This document shows, in pieces, positions 25,101 to 37,285 of a stretch of 64,000 nucleotides of DNA. The first letter of the stretch is position 1. Every line of letters starts with the position of its first letter. Origin of the DNA: Takakia lepidozioides. Its lineage: Eukaryota; Plantae; Bryophyta. Location of the stretch: positions 46,004,001-46,068,000 of the forward strand of contig CM060734.1 of the NCBI GenBank assembly GCA_030704615.1, read 5' to 3'. A program made the translations under genes and the position numbers. The notes under the pieces are model-generated. The model made no database searches. It saw nothing but the letters and a program-made list of their open reading frames with translations, and was not told where the DNA came from.

Positions 25101-26052
25101 TGTCGCGCGGCTTTTACTCACCCATCCCTTCGCTATCCGAGGTGGGAACTCCAAGATAGAAGAGTTGGAAATCTCTAAGCACTCAGCCCGCTCAGAACAA
25201 TCAGTCATGACCTACAGCTAGTGTATCATGGGGGTGTTTCCTATTTGTACTCCTTCCCGCATTCATGTTAGCGAGTTACCTTACTATCTGCAATTAAGTA
25301 TAAGTTTGCTTTAGAAATCTATCAAGTTCCATCCATTCATTCCACAGCTTCACTCAGGTCTCTCTACACAGTGTGAGTATGAAGTATGTATCAGATTAAT
25401 TAATATCTATCAAGTATCAGGTTGAAGCCATGGTGTCTCTATTCTGCTCTACATTACAACTCTACTTCTTGCATTCAGCCAGTATCAACAGATCGTTTTT
25501 CTCCTACTCCGTGCTCTCCCTCTTTCTCCTCAGAGATGCGCTCTCCGCTCCATTTCCAAGTTCTGATCCCCCCCCCAAGTCCTCCTTTCCCCGTCCCCGC
25601 TCCTCGCTTTATCTTCCTTTCCGTGGTTCTAACCGTTTCCCTCACTAACCGTCATCCGTGAACTAACATGTTCCATTCGCAGATGTTGTTTCCCACAGTC
25701 GTTCCCTGTCCTGCTATCCGTTCCCTATGGTCGTGACAGCTGTGTCAAGTTGTGACTGGCTATGCGACTGTGTTGGGCTGTGTCGGGCTGTGTCGAACTG
25801 TGACTGGCTGTGGCGGCTGTGTCGGCTGTGTCGGACTATGACGGGCTGTGTCGGACTGTGACGGGCTGTGTCAGGCTGTGACGGGCTGTGTCGGACTGTG
25901 ACGGGCTGTGTTGGCTGTGACGGGCTGTGTAACCCCCCCCTAAAGTGCGCTGCTGTCACCCCTAAGGCTCCTGTTGGTCTCAGTCTGTGCAAAAATTAAG
26001 GGTACCCCACAGATCCCGTAAAAGTGCCTAAGTCCCAGACAGTCCTCTAACA
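25101..26052 (-). repeat. 5' LTR (952 bp)
   Basis: Near-identical to 13857-14820 and adjacent to the PBS. Confidence 0.96.
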
Positions 26053-26065
26053 AACACACTCCACG

Positions 26066-26750
26066 GTGTTGCACCATTTCCCTGACCTCACTTGAGCTTG
26101 CATACACGTTGGTTTCCATTGTCATAAATTGGCGAGGGGGAACTCGCGGGAGGCTGCCCACGAGGCAGAGCAGCTCGTTCAGGAGGAGGTTAAGTTGACA
26201 CCGGGTGCCAAACCCAAACAGATACAGCTCCAAGCCGCCCATAAGATGGCATTGGCCAGAATTATGTCAGAAGACGGCTCCGATAGAGTTCCTCTCGATG
26301 AGAAGGAAATGGAGGCATTGCTGGAGTCGGTGTCCCACGTCTGTTCACCGAATGTCCGAAACCACATTGTCTCATGCAAACAGAAAATTGGGCGTGGCTT
26401 GGATATGCACTCCATTCTGGAGGTGAAGCGACGATGTGGATATGACTACATTCATGGAAGTAGGTTTCCAGGACAAGGGACTGAGGTAGATCGTTGTTTC
26501 GTATTCAAAATGTCCACGTGTGGACCTGGTAGCGGCGTCGAACTGGTCGACAGGATGACGAGTGGGGACTTGTCAAACAGTTGGGTCATGTTCGACCATA
26601 TCAAGCGAATTACAAATCACCAGTGGGTGACAATGGCTGCACATGTCTACGACACCCACTGCAGGATGCTAATGACAATTGCTATTTGTGAGAAAGGAGA
26701 GGACACACAATCGGAGATGCTTCTTTGGCAGGGAATAAACGAACAGTTGC
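26066..26750 (+). pseudogene. GCM-MULE transposase fragment (copy 2)
   Basis: ACIHVGFHCH..PGAKPKQIQL..GSRFPGQG..FKMSTCGPGSG..WVMFDHIKRITNHQWVTM is collinear with 1280-1965 of copy 1; truncated at both ends. Confidence 0.9.
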
Positions 26751-27352
26751 TGTCCAAAACCACACAACACATGTGCACACCACACACTAGTATACCACTA
26801 GTCTACCACTAGTCCAACCACTAGGCTACAACTAGTCAGTCACTAGGCTGCCACTATGCTGCCCACTATGGCAGTCATTAGTCCATACAATGATAAAGAA
26901 GAAGAATACAAGCACGAGCTCACAAAGCTGAAGCATAAACTCATGCATATATAACCTTATCACTCAAATACAAGTCAAGCCAAATGCACCCCATGCCATG
27001 GGGAATCCACGCTACGGCGCCATAGCTAGGCGCGGTGAGGCTCAACTTGAGAAAGATGAGCCTCCCGCGCTTGCCGTGAAGATAACCATTTCAGGGCCTA
27101 AATCTGTCTTGACCCCTGGATTGATACTTGGGCCAATCCCAAATATCAATATGTAAAAGCTAGCTATTTCCTAGCTAGTTTCACACTAGTGGTAAAATAA
27201 CTTGACAGCTGTCGTGCGCATACATATCGCTACACAACTACATCGCTGTCCAAAACCACACAACACATGTGCACACCACACACTAGTATACCACTAGTCC
27301 AACCACTAGGTTACAACTAGTCAGTCACTAGGCTGCCACTATGTTGCCCACT
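26751..27352. repeat. LTR-like unit (TGTC...GACA, 26751-27207) plus a second partial copy (27247-27352)
   Basis: tgtccaaaaccacacaacacatgtg starts both copies; CACTAGT-rich; no TSD found. Confidence 0.55.
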
Positions 27353-27900
27353 CACTACAACAGAACGCAGTATATATGACTGTCCCGTAGTCATAAACGG
27401 TACATATGACTTCGCTGACTGCAAGTCGTGCAAACCAAGTGAATACAATGAGTACAGGATGGTCGGTCACATATGACTGTAGTCAGATGAACCAAGTGAT
27501 ACATCTGACTGTCATTTGGCAGTCATATGTACTTCTACCATACATGACTTAGTGTGCTGTTGCAAACTGTACACGTGTCTCTTTTTAATTAATCCAGGAG
27601 GTTTTTGTGTATGTGCACCATCTGCCGTCTCCAAAAATTGACACGTGGCATATTATGAGGAGGCTTTGCAGTCATTATCCTGACTACCAACATGCTGACA
27701 TTTGGACACGTGGCATCATATGATTAGTTTGTTTTGAATTTTAAATGTATTTAAAGTCATTCCCATGACTATGCCTGTAGGAGCTCATTGCTAGGTGATT
27801 TTTCAAGATATGACATGTGTCAATGTATGATGCGATGTTTTGTAGTCATGGTGCCTACTGTAAAGTGGTTTGTTGGGTTGGACGCGTGGCATCAAATCAG
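27353..27900 (+). mobile_element. CACTA (En/Spm) element terminus with subterminal repeats
   Basis: CACTACAACAGAA begins exactly where the 27247 repeat copy breaks off and is followed by many ATGACT/AGTCAT motifs in both orientations. The other end was not found; the right boundary is approximate. Confidence 0.6.
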
Positions 27901-29321
27901 TTGTTTGAGAATTTGGTTTTTAATATTATTTGGAAAATCATAACACACCATCATTCACAAGAAAGAACAAAGTGACAAAGTGGAAAGGACATAACAGAGG
28001 CACTGAAGACAACAACAACAGATGTAAAAAGAGATTCTCTTAAACGATTGCCAGTCAGATTTACAAAATAGCACTGCTGTCCCAAAATCTGGCTCCTCAA
28101 AACAGTCTAAGGGCACAAGTTCATCACCCTGTATTTATGATCAAATACTTTTGTAAGTAGCACCGTGCACTGAAAACAGAACCAGCCCTACTTTGTGTGC
28201 CCCTTTAGCTATCCCTACCACAACACCCATAATCCATATACATTCTCTCCTTTGCTGGACAATTAGGGACTACTCTGAAAAGAGGACAGAACAGACTGAA
28301 GATGAGGGTACCCGATTTTATCAAGTGTGCAATTGCTGTTGTTATTTCCTGCTACATCCACGAGGCTCCTGCACTCAGCATGCAACATTCCACCACATGA
28401 AGGATGTCCCTTTGATGGAGACACACAAACAAGAGTTGAACCACAAGGGACAGTCAAGGAGGATGAGCATGGTGGGCTAGAGACAGAAGGAAATGAGGAT
28501 GCCTATGACCAGATTTGGAGAAGTATGATGAGGAGAGGAAAACTTAAGTGAAGAAGACGTTCTCTAGCAAAAGCCAGCCTATGGGAAGCACTGAAAAGAA
28601 TGGAAATTGCAGCTCAGAGTGGAATCATCCTAACACATGGAATTCTTCCAACTGTTGGGCATGAGCAAACTAAAACCACAGAGAATAAACACATGGCAAT
28701 GTAGCAATTGAAGGCAGTATTGAGGGAGAAACCACTTAAATGGCTGGAACATGAAAAAAAATAAAAATGAGTACTTCACTGACGAAGAGGGTGAAAGATG
28801 TGAGAGCAAGGTTGACAACTGGCCTTGGGGGGTGCACTCTTTATAAAATGTCCGTATCACGTGCGTTCGCCGCCTAATACCCCCGTATATGGGTCCTTGG
28901 ATCATTTATACCAGCTCTGTACATATATTTTGAAGATTATAAAACCCCCTCCTGTAAATATATAGAAATTTGTAATTTTAAAAAAGTACCCCCTTATGTA
29001 TGTATATTTCCCTTTTCAATAATTAAAAAATACCCTCAAATATGTATATGTATGTTTTTATATTATATCAAGTTTATTCATTTAAAATCGAATAAAATCT
29101 AATAAATTAATTAAAAAAATTGTTTGCCCTCGATAAAACTTGTTGTGGAATCTCACTTTGAACAAGATGCAGAGAGGAAAGGGACATTGTCAATGCCCGA
29201 CGTGCAAGAGGCCTGAAGAAAGTTTCCATTTTCTGATATACAGTCCTGGGTATTTTCATCAGAGAGTGATCCTCTTGAAGACCATCAAGACCTAGTCACT
29301 GCACCTCTGTTCATCAACTAG

Positions 29322-30870
29322 GAGGTTAGCTATTTCATGAGCATGAGCGGCATGAGCGGCATGAGCGGAGTAGCAAGACAATCGGTTTTCATGAGCAGAA
29401 GTACAAATTTCGAAAATAAAAAATATTATAAAACATTAATTTAATGCAATGTGTCAGAAAAATCAAATATATTATTCGGCACCTTGAAGGGAAAATTGTA
29501 GTTTTGAGAGTTGTGCTCATGATATTTCGTCTTCCGCTCATGCCAGTTCCCAGCGACATGTGCAAAAATGGCGCCGAATTTTGCGGTAATAGGGTCCGTA
29601 ACCGGAAAAAACAGCAACGTATTTCGCGGTAATAGGTCTCTCTGGCGAAAAATGGTGCCGAATTCCGCGGCTATAGGTCCCCTCAGGACAGGTGTGTAAG
29701 CCCAAAATTTGGAAATGTGGCACCGAATTTCGGTACATGGTGCCGGGGATTGCACAGATGTTGGGCAGTTCTGGGCCATGTAACTGGAAATTCGGCGCCA
29801 TTTTTCCAGACATCGTTCCCGAGCATGTTCGGACTTAGCCAGTTTTTGGCCCAAAATAGGGAAATTCGGCGCCATTTTTCTAGACACAGGGCTACCAGTG
29901 CATGTTGGGACTTAGCCAGTTTTCGGCCCAAAATAGAGAAATTCGGCGCCATTTTTTCAGAAATGGCCCCACAACTGCTTCTGTTGGATCTCAGTTTGAA
30001 TGGAATATTGCCTCATTCCAAGAGTTTTGGGGTGCATTTCATTACACTGCAAAAAAAAGTCTGATACATGAAAATGCAATTGAAAATATCCATATGGAGG
30101 ATTCCATTTGCCCCATCAATGATTTCTGGAATCCCTGAGGAGGAGTTTGTGCAGTTCGTTTACGCTCAACGCCGGTGCATGAATAAAGTCATCAATAGTC
30201 ACGTTCATCCTCAACCTCTTCAGGTAAATGTAATACAGATGCTTGCACGGATAATACTTTGAACCCTTCTTTGCTTCCATCAACGAGAAGTCCGTACAAT
30301 TGCAAGTCGGCTCCACTCCAATCGTAATTGTGTATACATCGTCGCATACAGCCGAGCCGGCCGTTGCCATCCGATAAACACGCCCAAGGCCGGGTGGAGG
30401 TACGTCCACGGAGCTCTGAATAGTGCAAGCCATCCCAAGAGCATTGGCAATCCGAGTCTCATTCAACTTGTTGGGAGGGTGTCGTCTCTTCACTCTTCCG
30501 AATCGCATTGTGGGATGTGCAGAATTGTCCAATCCGTCTCTACTGGACCGAGCAGTCTGCAATGGCTGGGTCTGAGGAACTGGAAATGCGTGGGCCGGGA
30601 CGTCTGTGCGTTGCACCATTCGAAATCCTACTGCAGATAGAGCATCCGCCTCATTCTGAGAGAGGCTGCAACCCGGTGCAACAGGCCAGACGCCCGGAGG
30701 CTCCGGCATTCCCTGAATCCCGTACTGGGGCTTGCCAAATACACAGGTCATTATGTCGTGCCTACAGAACCAAAACGTCTGCGTTGTGGCGTGAGCAAAT
30801 GTGGGAGTCAAAAATCTGCCGCTGAAACAAGGTGCAGGTACAGCACCGTGTGGGTTCCTCCGAATCATCT
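29322..30870 (-). mobile_element. Mutator-like transposon copy 3 (inverted): terminus, subterminal repeats and transposase C-terminus
   Basis: GAGGTTAGCTATTTCATGAGCATGAGCGGCATGAGCGGCATGAGCGG terminus; AAAATGGCGCCGAATT repeats at 29565-29960; ORF 30116-30868. Confidence 0.85.
30116..30868 (-). pseudogene. Transposase C-terminal fragment with SWIM finger
   Basis: MIRRNPHGAVPAP..FWFCRHDIMTCV..PTCNCTDF..YYPCKHLYYIY is collinear with 3118-3866. Confidence 0.9.
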
Positions 30871-32164
30871 CACAGGTTGTTCAGGTGTGTAGTTGTGTAG
30901 CGATATGTATGCGCACGACACACAGGTTGTTCAGGAGGTGGTGCCAAGGTGGGGTGCAAAAGTAATGGTGTTTGAACATGATGTCAATTTATGTGAACAT
31001 GTGAAATCATGGTATGAGGGAATAGGTGAGGTATTGGACATTCCAGATGACGATATCGAAGAGGTGCTAGAGGAATGGGATGAGAGTCAAGAGCAGGGTT
31101 CTGAAAAGAACGAGGACTCTAGAGATGAAGACAACGACTCCAGTACTGGGTCTGATGAAGACACTTCCAGTGTACTTGGACTTGATGAGATGGGTCAGTC
31201 AATGGGGTCTCCATCACTGGAATTACCACGTATGGAGCAGTCCCGCAAGCATAGAATGTCCGTTTCACGACAAACGGCCATAAGTACTAAACAACATAAA
31301 GATGACATGCACAATGATGTGCATTTAGAAAGCACCTTGAGAGCTCCAAACACCCTAGTGTACAAGTATATGGAGTTGAAACACATGTCGATAATACACC
31401 GGAACGGTCATGCAGACAAGTATCTATGACACATGATGAAGAAAGTCCACTGCAGGCTGTTGAAGTACGTTGACATTCAATAGATAGGATCAGACAACAA
31501 GTTCGGTTATTCGAAGAGCCGTCTGCAACACATCCAACATTTACATTGGGCGTTACAGAGATGACATCTGATTCACAAGCAAAAGCTGGGAAGGAGTATT
31601 TGGGATGCACTTCCCCATTGGTTGATCCATTGTATGAGGCTAAAGATGGATATTGGTATATAGATGATCAACGATGTTTTCGCAAGGTGGTTCATGGTGA
31701 TACAGAAAACAATTTCTACTATGAATCTGTTACCTCATAGGAGTATTTTAGCAGCTAGGGAACATGAGACGTGGTAACAAACTCAGAGGCAGTACATGAG
31801 CAACATGAACACTGGATTGATTCTGATCCTGGCTATATACCACGGGGCCAACATTTTTGGAGAACTGGTGGTGCTCAACCCAATTGATGGATTTTCGTAT
31901 ACTCATGATGGATGTCGTTTTCACTCAGAGTGTAATGTTCATGTGACTGCTCAGAATTAGAACGATATGGGACGCAGTCTGGAATGAAATGGAGACTTTT
32001 TACTGATGAAGAGTATAATAAGTGGATGAAGGATATCCCAAATGTTGTTCCACAGAAAGGATGGAAACCAAACATGTCATATATGAAATAAAGGATGGTT
32101 GGAATTCCTGGGTGCATTATGATCTACTTTTATGGATGTTTCTCCCTTATGATTTTCATAAATA

Positions 32165-33637
32165 CTAGGGTAGCCTGTGCCGTTGGCCCAAGTGTCCAAT
32201 GTCATCTAAGTCCAAGTGCAATCCCCTATGTATCTAGAGACCCTCATGTTTGGGAGATCTAGGCCTAGGGTAGCCTACGCCATTGGCCCATGTGTCAAGA
32301 ATTGAAATCTAAGTCCAAGTGCAATCCCCTATGTATTCAAGTAGCATCTCCTATGTCAAGGCCCATGTGTGAAGAATTGAAATCTAAGCCCAAGTGCAAT
32401 TTCTTATGTATCCAAGTGGTCTCCTATGTCGAGGCCCAAGTGCGACCTCTAGTGTAGCCTATGCCGTTGGCCCATGTGTGAAGAATTGAAATCTAAGCCC
32501 AAGTGCAATCTTCTATTCATGTATCCAAGTGCATCTCCCATGTACAGGCCCAAATGTCCAATGTCATTTAAGTCTAAGTGCAATCCCATATCTGATCATT
32601 TTGTTTTTTCAGAGAGCCTACCAGACCGGAGACCTTCCCTTGATAATCTCTGCCGTCGAGGCTCCAACCTTGTCCCAAGAATGTCCACTTTGTCATTTTT
32701 GCTATTTTTTGTGAATTTCCAGCGACCAAAAGTACTTGGAATTTTGTATCTCCCACACCGCATGTCCAAAAATCATGAGACCAAGCCGGTGTGCACCCCT
32801 CCTCGTTGAGGGCTTTCCAACGGTACCAAGCACCAGGGCTGGGCCTGCGGTTTGGGACATCTCAACGCTACAAAACAAAACAAAACAAAACAAACAAACA
32901 AACGTCTCGCTTCATATATTGTACTAGGGTAGCCTGTGCCGTTGGCCCAAGTGTCAAGTGTCATATAAGCCCAAGTGCAATCTCCTATGTATGCAATTGG
33001 GTCTCCTATGTCGAGGCCCAAGTGCGACATCTAGGGTGGCCTCTGCCGTTGGCCCAAGTATCCCAAGTGTCAACTAAGTGCAATCCCTTATGTATCCAAG
33101 TGAGTCTCCTATGTCGAGGCCCATCTAACCCCAGTGTGCAATCTCCTATGTATATCCAATCATTATTGACATCTTCCGTCTCTAGAGTAGCATGTGCCAT
33201 TGGCCCAAGTGTCCAATGTCATCTAAGTCCAAATGCATTTTTTTCCACATAGCCTACGACCAGATTTGAACCGGAGACCTCTCCCTTGATATCTCTCCTG
33301 TCAAGGCTCCAAGAATTCCCACTTTGCATTTTTCGGGAATTTCCAGCGATCAAAAGTACTTCAAATCTCCCACATGAAGGCCCAATCATTGCTCCAGGAA
33401 AGCCCACTTTGCTATTTTTCGCGAATTTCCAGCGACCAGAAGTACTTGAAATTCCATATCTCCCACACTGCAGGTCCAAAAATCATGAGACCAAGCCGGT
33501 GCACCCCTCCTCATCGAGGGCTTTCCCAACGGTACCAAGCACCAGGGTTGGGGCCTCGCGGTTTGGGAGATCTCAACGACGCTACAAAACAAACAAAACA
33601 AAACAAAACAAAACAAACGTCTCGCTTCATATATTGA
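32165..33637 (-). mobile_element. Two head-to-tail non-autonomous Helitrons (32165-32921 and 32924-33637)
   Basis: Minus strand 5' end A|TCAATATATGAAGCGAGACG at 33637. 3' ends have an imperfect hairpin (CCTGTGCC-GTT-GGCCCAAG on +) next to CTAG|T at 32165 and 32924. ~200 bp duplicated between units. Confidence 0.7.
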
Positions 33638-36600
33638 TATATTTACTATATATATATTATATAATCATGTACATAAGTGTGTGATGTATGGATAAAAAAC
33701 CCTCAAATATTGAAAGATTTAAAATTTACAATGTTTCATGCTTGTGATGACAAAACTTCGTACCTTAGTTATAAGGTATTGATGTAAACTCAAAACTATC
33801 ATCATCCATTGCAAATGAAAAAAAAAACCTTTAGCTAAAGTCGACACAAACAAATATCATTTCACCATTCGGCTACGACCTCTTATTGGAGATATGCCTT
33901 TTTTGAAAGGTTTCCAAAGGAAATTTGAAATTTGAAAAAGTGTATGGCTGGCTTGTGCTCAAACGAGCATACTTTTGGAATATTTTGGCAATTGTTCTCC
34001 TGCACATGCTTGTTTTTTTTCTTAAAGGGAAACACCTGGGAGCGACAGCTTCTTGGTTTTTTTTTTTTGGCTTGTTTTGCAGTTACGTTATATTCTTGAA
34101 ATTTCTTTTAATAAATCGATTGGATGGTCAATTGAATGGATGAATGAGAGGTAGACTAAAAACAGTAATATACAGGATTAATGATATTCCGGCGGCGGAG
34201 TGCTGCACTCATTCGTTCCGGACGTGCCCATCATCTCTCTCGTCTCGCTTGTAAGTTGTCTCGTTGTCTCTCTCGTCTCCACTGCGGTGGCAGAGAGGCT
34301 GCAGCAAATGATGCCCAGCGCTGGTTGCGCTGTTGCATCACGTGCTGCTCTTTCTAAAAAGCGAGTGTAGGAGTTTGAAGAGCCGAGGGTGGTGGTTGGG
34401 CTAGGAGTGCGGATTGGTCCCTCGCGGCTTCAAGCATCTCCACCAGTCGATCTATCTTAGTCAACTGGCAACTTGCAAGTGGGTAGCCAAGCAGAATTCA
34501 GTCAGATCCCAATTTGCTGCAGGGATCAGCATAAATAATATGATAGGTAGATCTAGCTGACTCTTTCTTCCACTGGCATGGAGTTTTGGAATTAGAAGAG
34601 TGGATGTTGTGGTACTTTTTTTGCAGACTTGCCAATATTGATGAAGGGTTTGTGTACGAAATGTGCTTGGTACACTTCCATGACCCAATCAAGCCGGAGT
34701 CCTTTCAAGGTACCTTGCCCGGGCATCCTGGCACAAACATCGGTCTACCTGCATTACCAAATTGAATGAGTTGACAGAGTTGGCACGGATTGCAGAAAGC
34801 ACGGCCGGAGGTAGCACCCAAGGTAGGTAAAAGTCCTTCCAGCACGGGGGTCCGCATGCTTTGATGGTGTTGTCAGGTATTATTGATTAGGCAAGCCTTT
34901 GTAAATGCTTGTCATTGTGGCCGGTCTTTACTACCTAGTCTATACTGAAGCAGTCTCAAATTTTCCCTACTACACAGCATGACGGTGCATCCAGTGCATC
35001 CAGTGCATCCATTAGTGTTTTGAAGGATTCAAGGGCGTCAAAGTGCAGGCATATACGTATTATGTTTGGCCTTCGGGGTGAAATATGTGCGGTAGCTAAA
35101 GTTGCCAGGACAGCCACAGTTGAGGGGCTATCTGTAATGGCCAGCGGTTGGGTAGCGTGTGAGGATGCAGAACGACATATTCTATGTAGTTTTTGAGTCC
35201 CCAATAATCCAAAGCATCTGCTTAATGGGGAATGTTCTTTTTTCCTAAAGGAAGGGGACAAGAGCCTTTAATCAAATTAAAAGAGGAAAAAATGACCTTT
35301 GAGATCCATGAGAACAAGTTGGAAATGGGGACCCAACCCTTGCGCCAATTTTCGGCCAAAAGACGAACTAACCAAGGTCCGAAAAAGAGAGCAAGAGCTC
35401 CACAACAGGAAAGAGGGGCGAAAAGCTCTAAAATCAGGCCAGAGGAGAAAATAACCTAGCTCAAGGGACAAGGGGGAGAGTACCATGCTCACACAAAAGA
35501 AATCGCAAAACTGTAAAATGTAAGCACATAGAAACTAGATCAAGGAGCTTCATATTGTCTTCTTTGCATGAGATTCCTTCCATAAAAGTATATGGAAAAG
35601 GATTTCGTCAGAGAAAGTCTTCCACAAACTCAAACAGTTTGAATTCTTCATAAGAGCTTCAGTTAGTACTGACTTCTTTACATGTTAGTTTCCCTTAGGG
35701 CTTACATGAGGTAATATGGGGGTTACTTGTTAGTCACCCTCATAAAGGTTACCGTGATGACGATCCACGGTGATAGGGGTAATATGTTTGCAAATGGATA
35801 TCGTGCTCCTATGCTAGACTTTCGAAATGAACATACAACAGACACCATAAATTATGTTTGTGTTGGCAAAAGTAAACTTTCCTTCTTTTTCTTCCCAAAG
35901 TATGAAAGCTAGAATAGAATAATGATGCTAAAGGGGCTAGGCTTTACCCTCCTAGACCTTAGAATAAGAAATCAAATATGGGATTCTTACCACACGCTCC
36001 CCTCTTGAAAAAAAAAAGCAACCTGTATCTCTTCCCGTTTTGATACATTCTCAGGGCCTCCATCTCGGGTTCTTTAAGAAAAATAATTAAAAGAAATAAA
36101 AGGAGTTCTGAATGCTAATAGCCACCTTGAAGGAAATTATCAAACAAAAATTCTGACAAAGAGATTCAAAATTTGACCCTGGAGTCTCAGTTTTTCTTGT
36201 GCTAGTAAGTGAAAGAGATACTTGCTACAAACTGCAGCATGCAGTTTATTTCACAAACAAGGCCACAACATGCTTTTATGCCAATGTTGAGAGAATGGAT
36301 AGAGCATCATACTTGGCAAGAACGCCAAAAAGATGAGTAATAGGACTAATTTAGAAGGATGGCATGGTCAGCTCCAGATTTTCTCCTCAGACACGACAAG
36401 CATAAAGTCTTAGGCCGCTCCCTGATGCCTGCAAGGGGAAGATATCCGTTGCAAAATTTCTGGAAGAAGTTGCAGTGCCTCTGTGCACTCTCGGTAGAAG
36501 GGCCCAGCAGCTAACCAAATATCCTTCCAACATGCCATCGAATTCTGAGTCCTCGACAATCAATCTGCATGCAGGTGCATGCAGGCATGCAGGTAGTTCG

Positions 36601-37285
36601 TTCCTATGTTAATGAGGTGGGCGGCCCCCCACACACCCACCCCACCTCATTAGCACCAGGCCACACAAAATTGTGGGACCTTGGCACTGGGCACTGTCGG
36701 TCGGAGATCCAAGCATCTAACCAAATATCCTTCCAAACATGCCCCGAGATCTTTAGACGCTTCCATTTTACATTCATATTATCCTCATCTTATTTACCAT
36801 GTCAGCTTAGAAGGAGAAGAAAGGTTCAGGGGAATCCTTGTACCCATTCACCTGGGTCCCACTCTAGGAGTGAGATTGTTCGTTACGAACCAGGAAACAA
36901 ATGGGTTCCGAATTCCGACCCCCTTCCATTCAGTTCCCCGACCCACTTGGAGTCGGGTCCAGAGATCTCGGGACAGAGTCCAGAATGCTGACAGAGATCA
37001 CGCGTTACCTGAGACGAGACCCAGTGAGAAGACAGTGGCCAACAGCAAGCACCATCTCTTAGCCACATCACCCGATGCACTCACAGACAAAAATTACAGC
37101 ACACGGAATGCCCCCTAATTGATATCTGATTTACAGAACTAATAAGAGTTTATCTTTTCATCTTCTCCCTTCAGGAATGCTAGTGATTACAATCAGAACA
37201 GCTACTCTGCTCACTGAACACACAGTGATAGTTTGGCTCAATTTGCCGTCTCTCTCTGATCAAAGAGTCTACTTTGATACAGAAA

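Larger units (their letters stand above)
13857..26052 (-). mobile_element. Full-length Ty3/Gypsy LTR retrotransposon (non-chromovirus, Athila/Tat-like), non-autonomous
   Basis: Two TGT...ACA LTRs. 5-bp TSD AACAC at 13852-13856 and 26053-26057. Domain order gag-PR-(RT)-RH-INT. PBS and PPT present; no chromodomain seen. Confidence 0.96.
9177..26750. mobile_element. Mutator-like transposon copy 2: terminus + methyltransferase gene (-) + transposase fragment (+), interrupted by the Gypsy element; right end lost
   Basis: Starts (GA)GGGGGCTGCTATTTCATGAGCGGCATGAGCATGAGCGG, the same terminal motif as copies 1 and 3. Removing 13857-26057 makes the MTase gene and the transposase fragment contiguous. 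Confidence 0.65.

Noticed and set aside
27353-28820. Complete CACTA element with coding region
   Set aside because: No matching TAGTG end with a 3-bp TSD and no Tnp2 motifs were found.
33700-37150. Scattered short ORFs and retroelement-like scraps
   Set aside because: Too decayed to assign any domain or boundary by eye.
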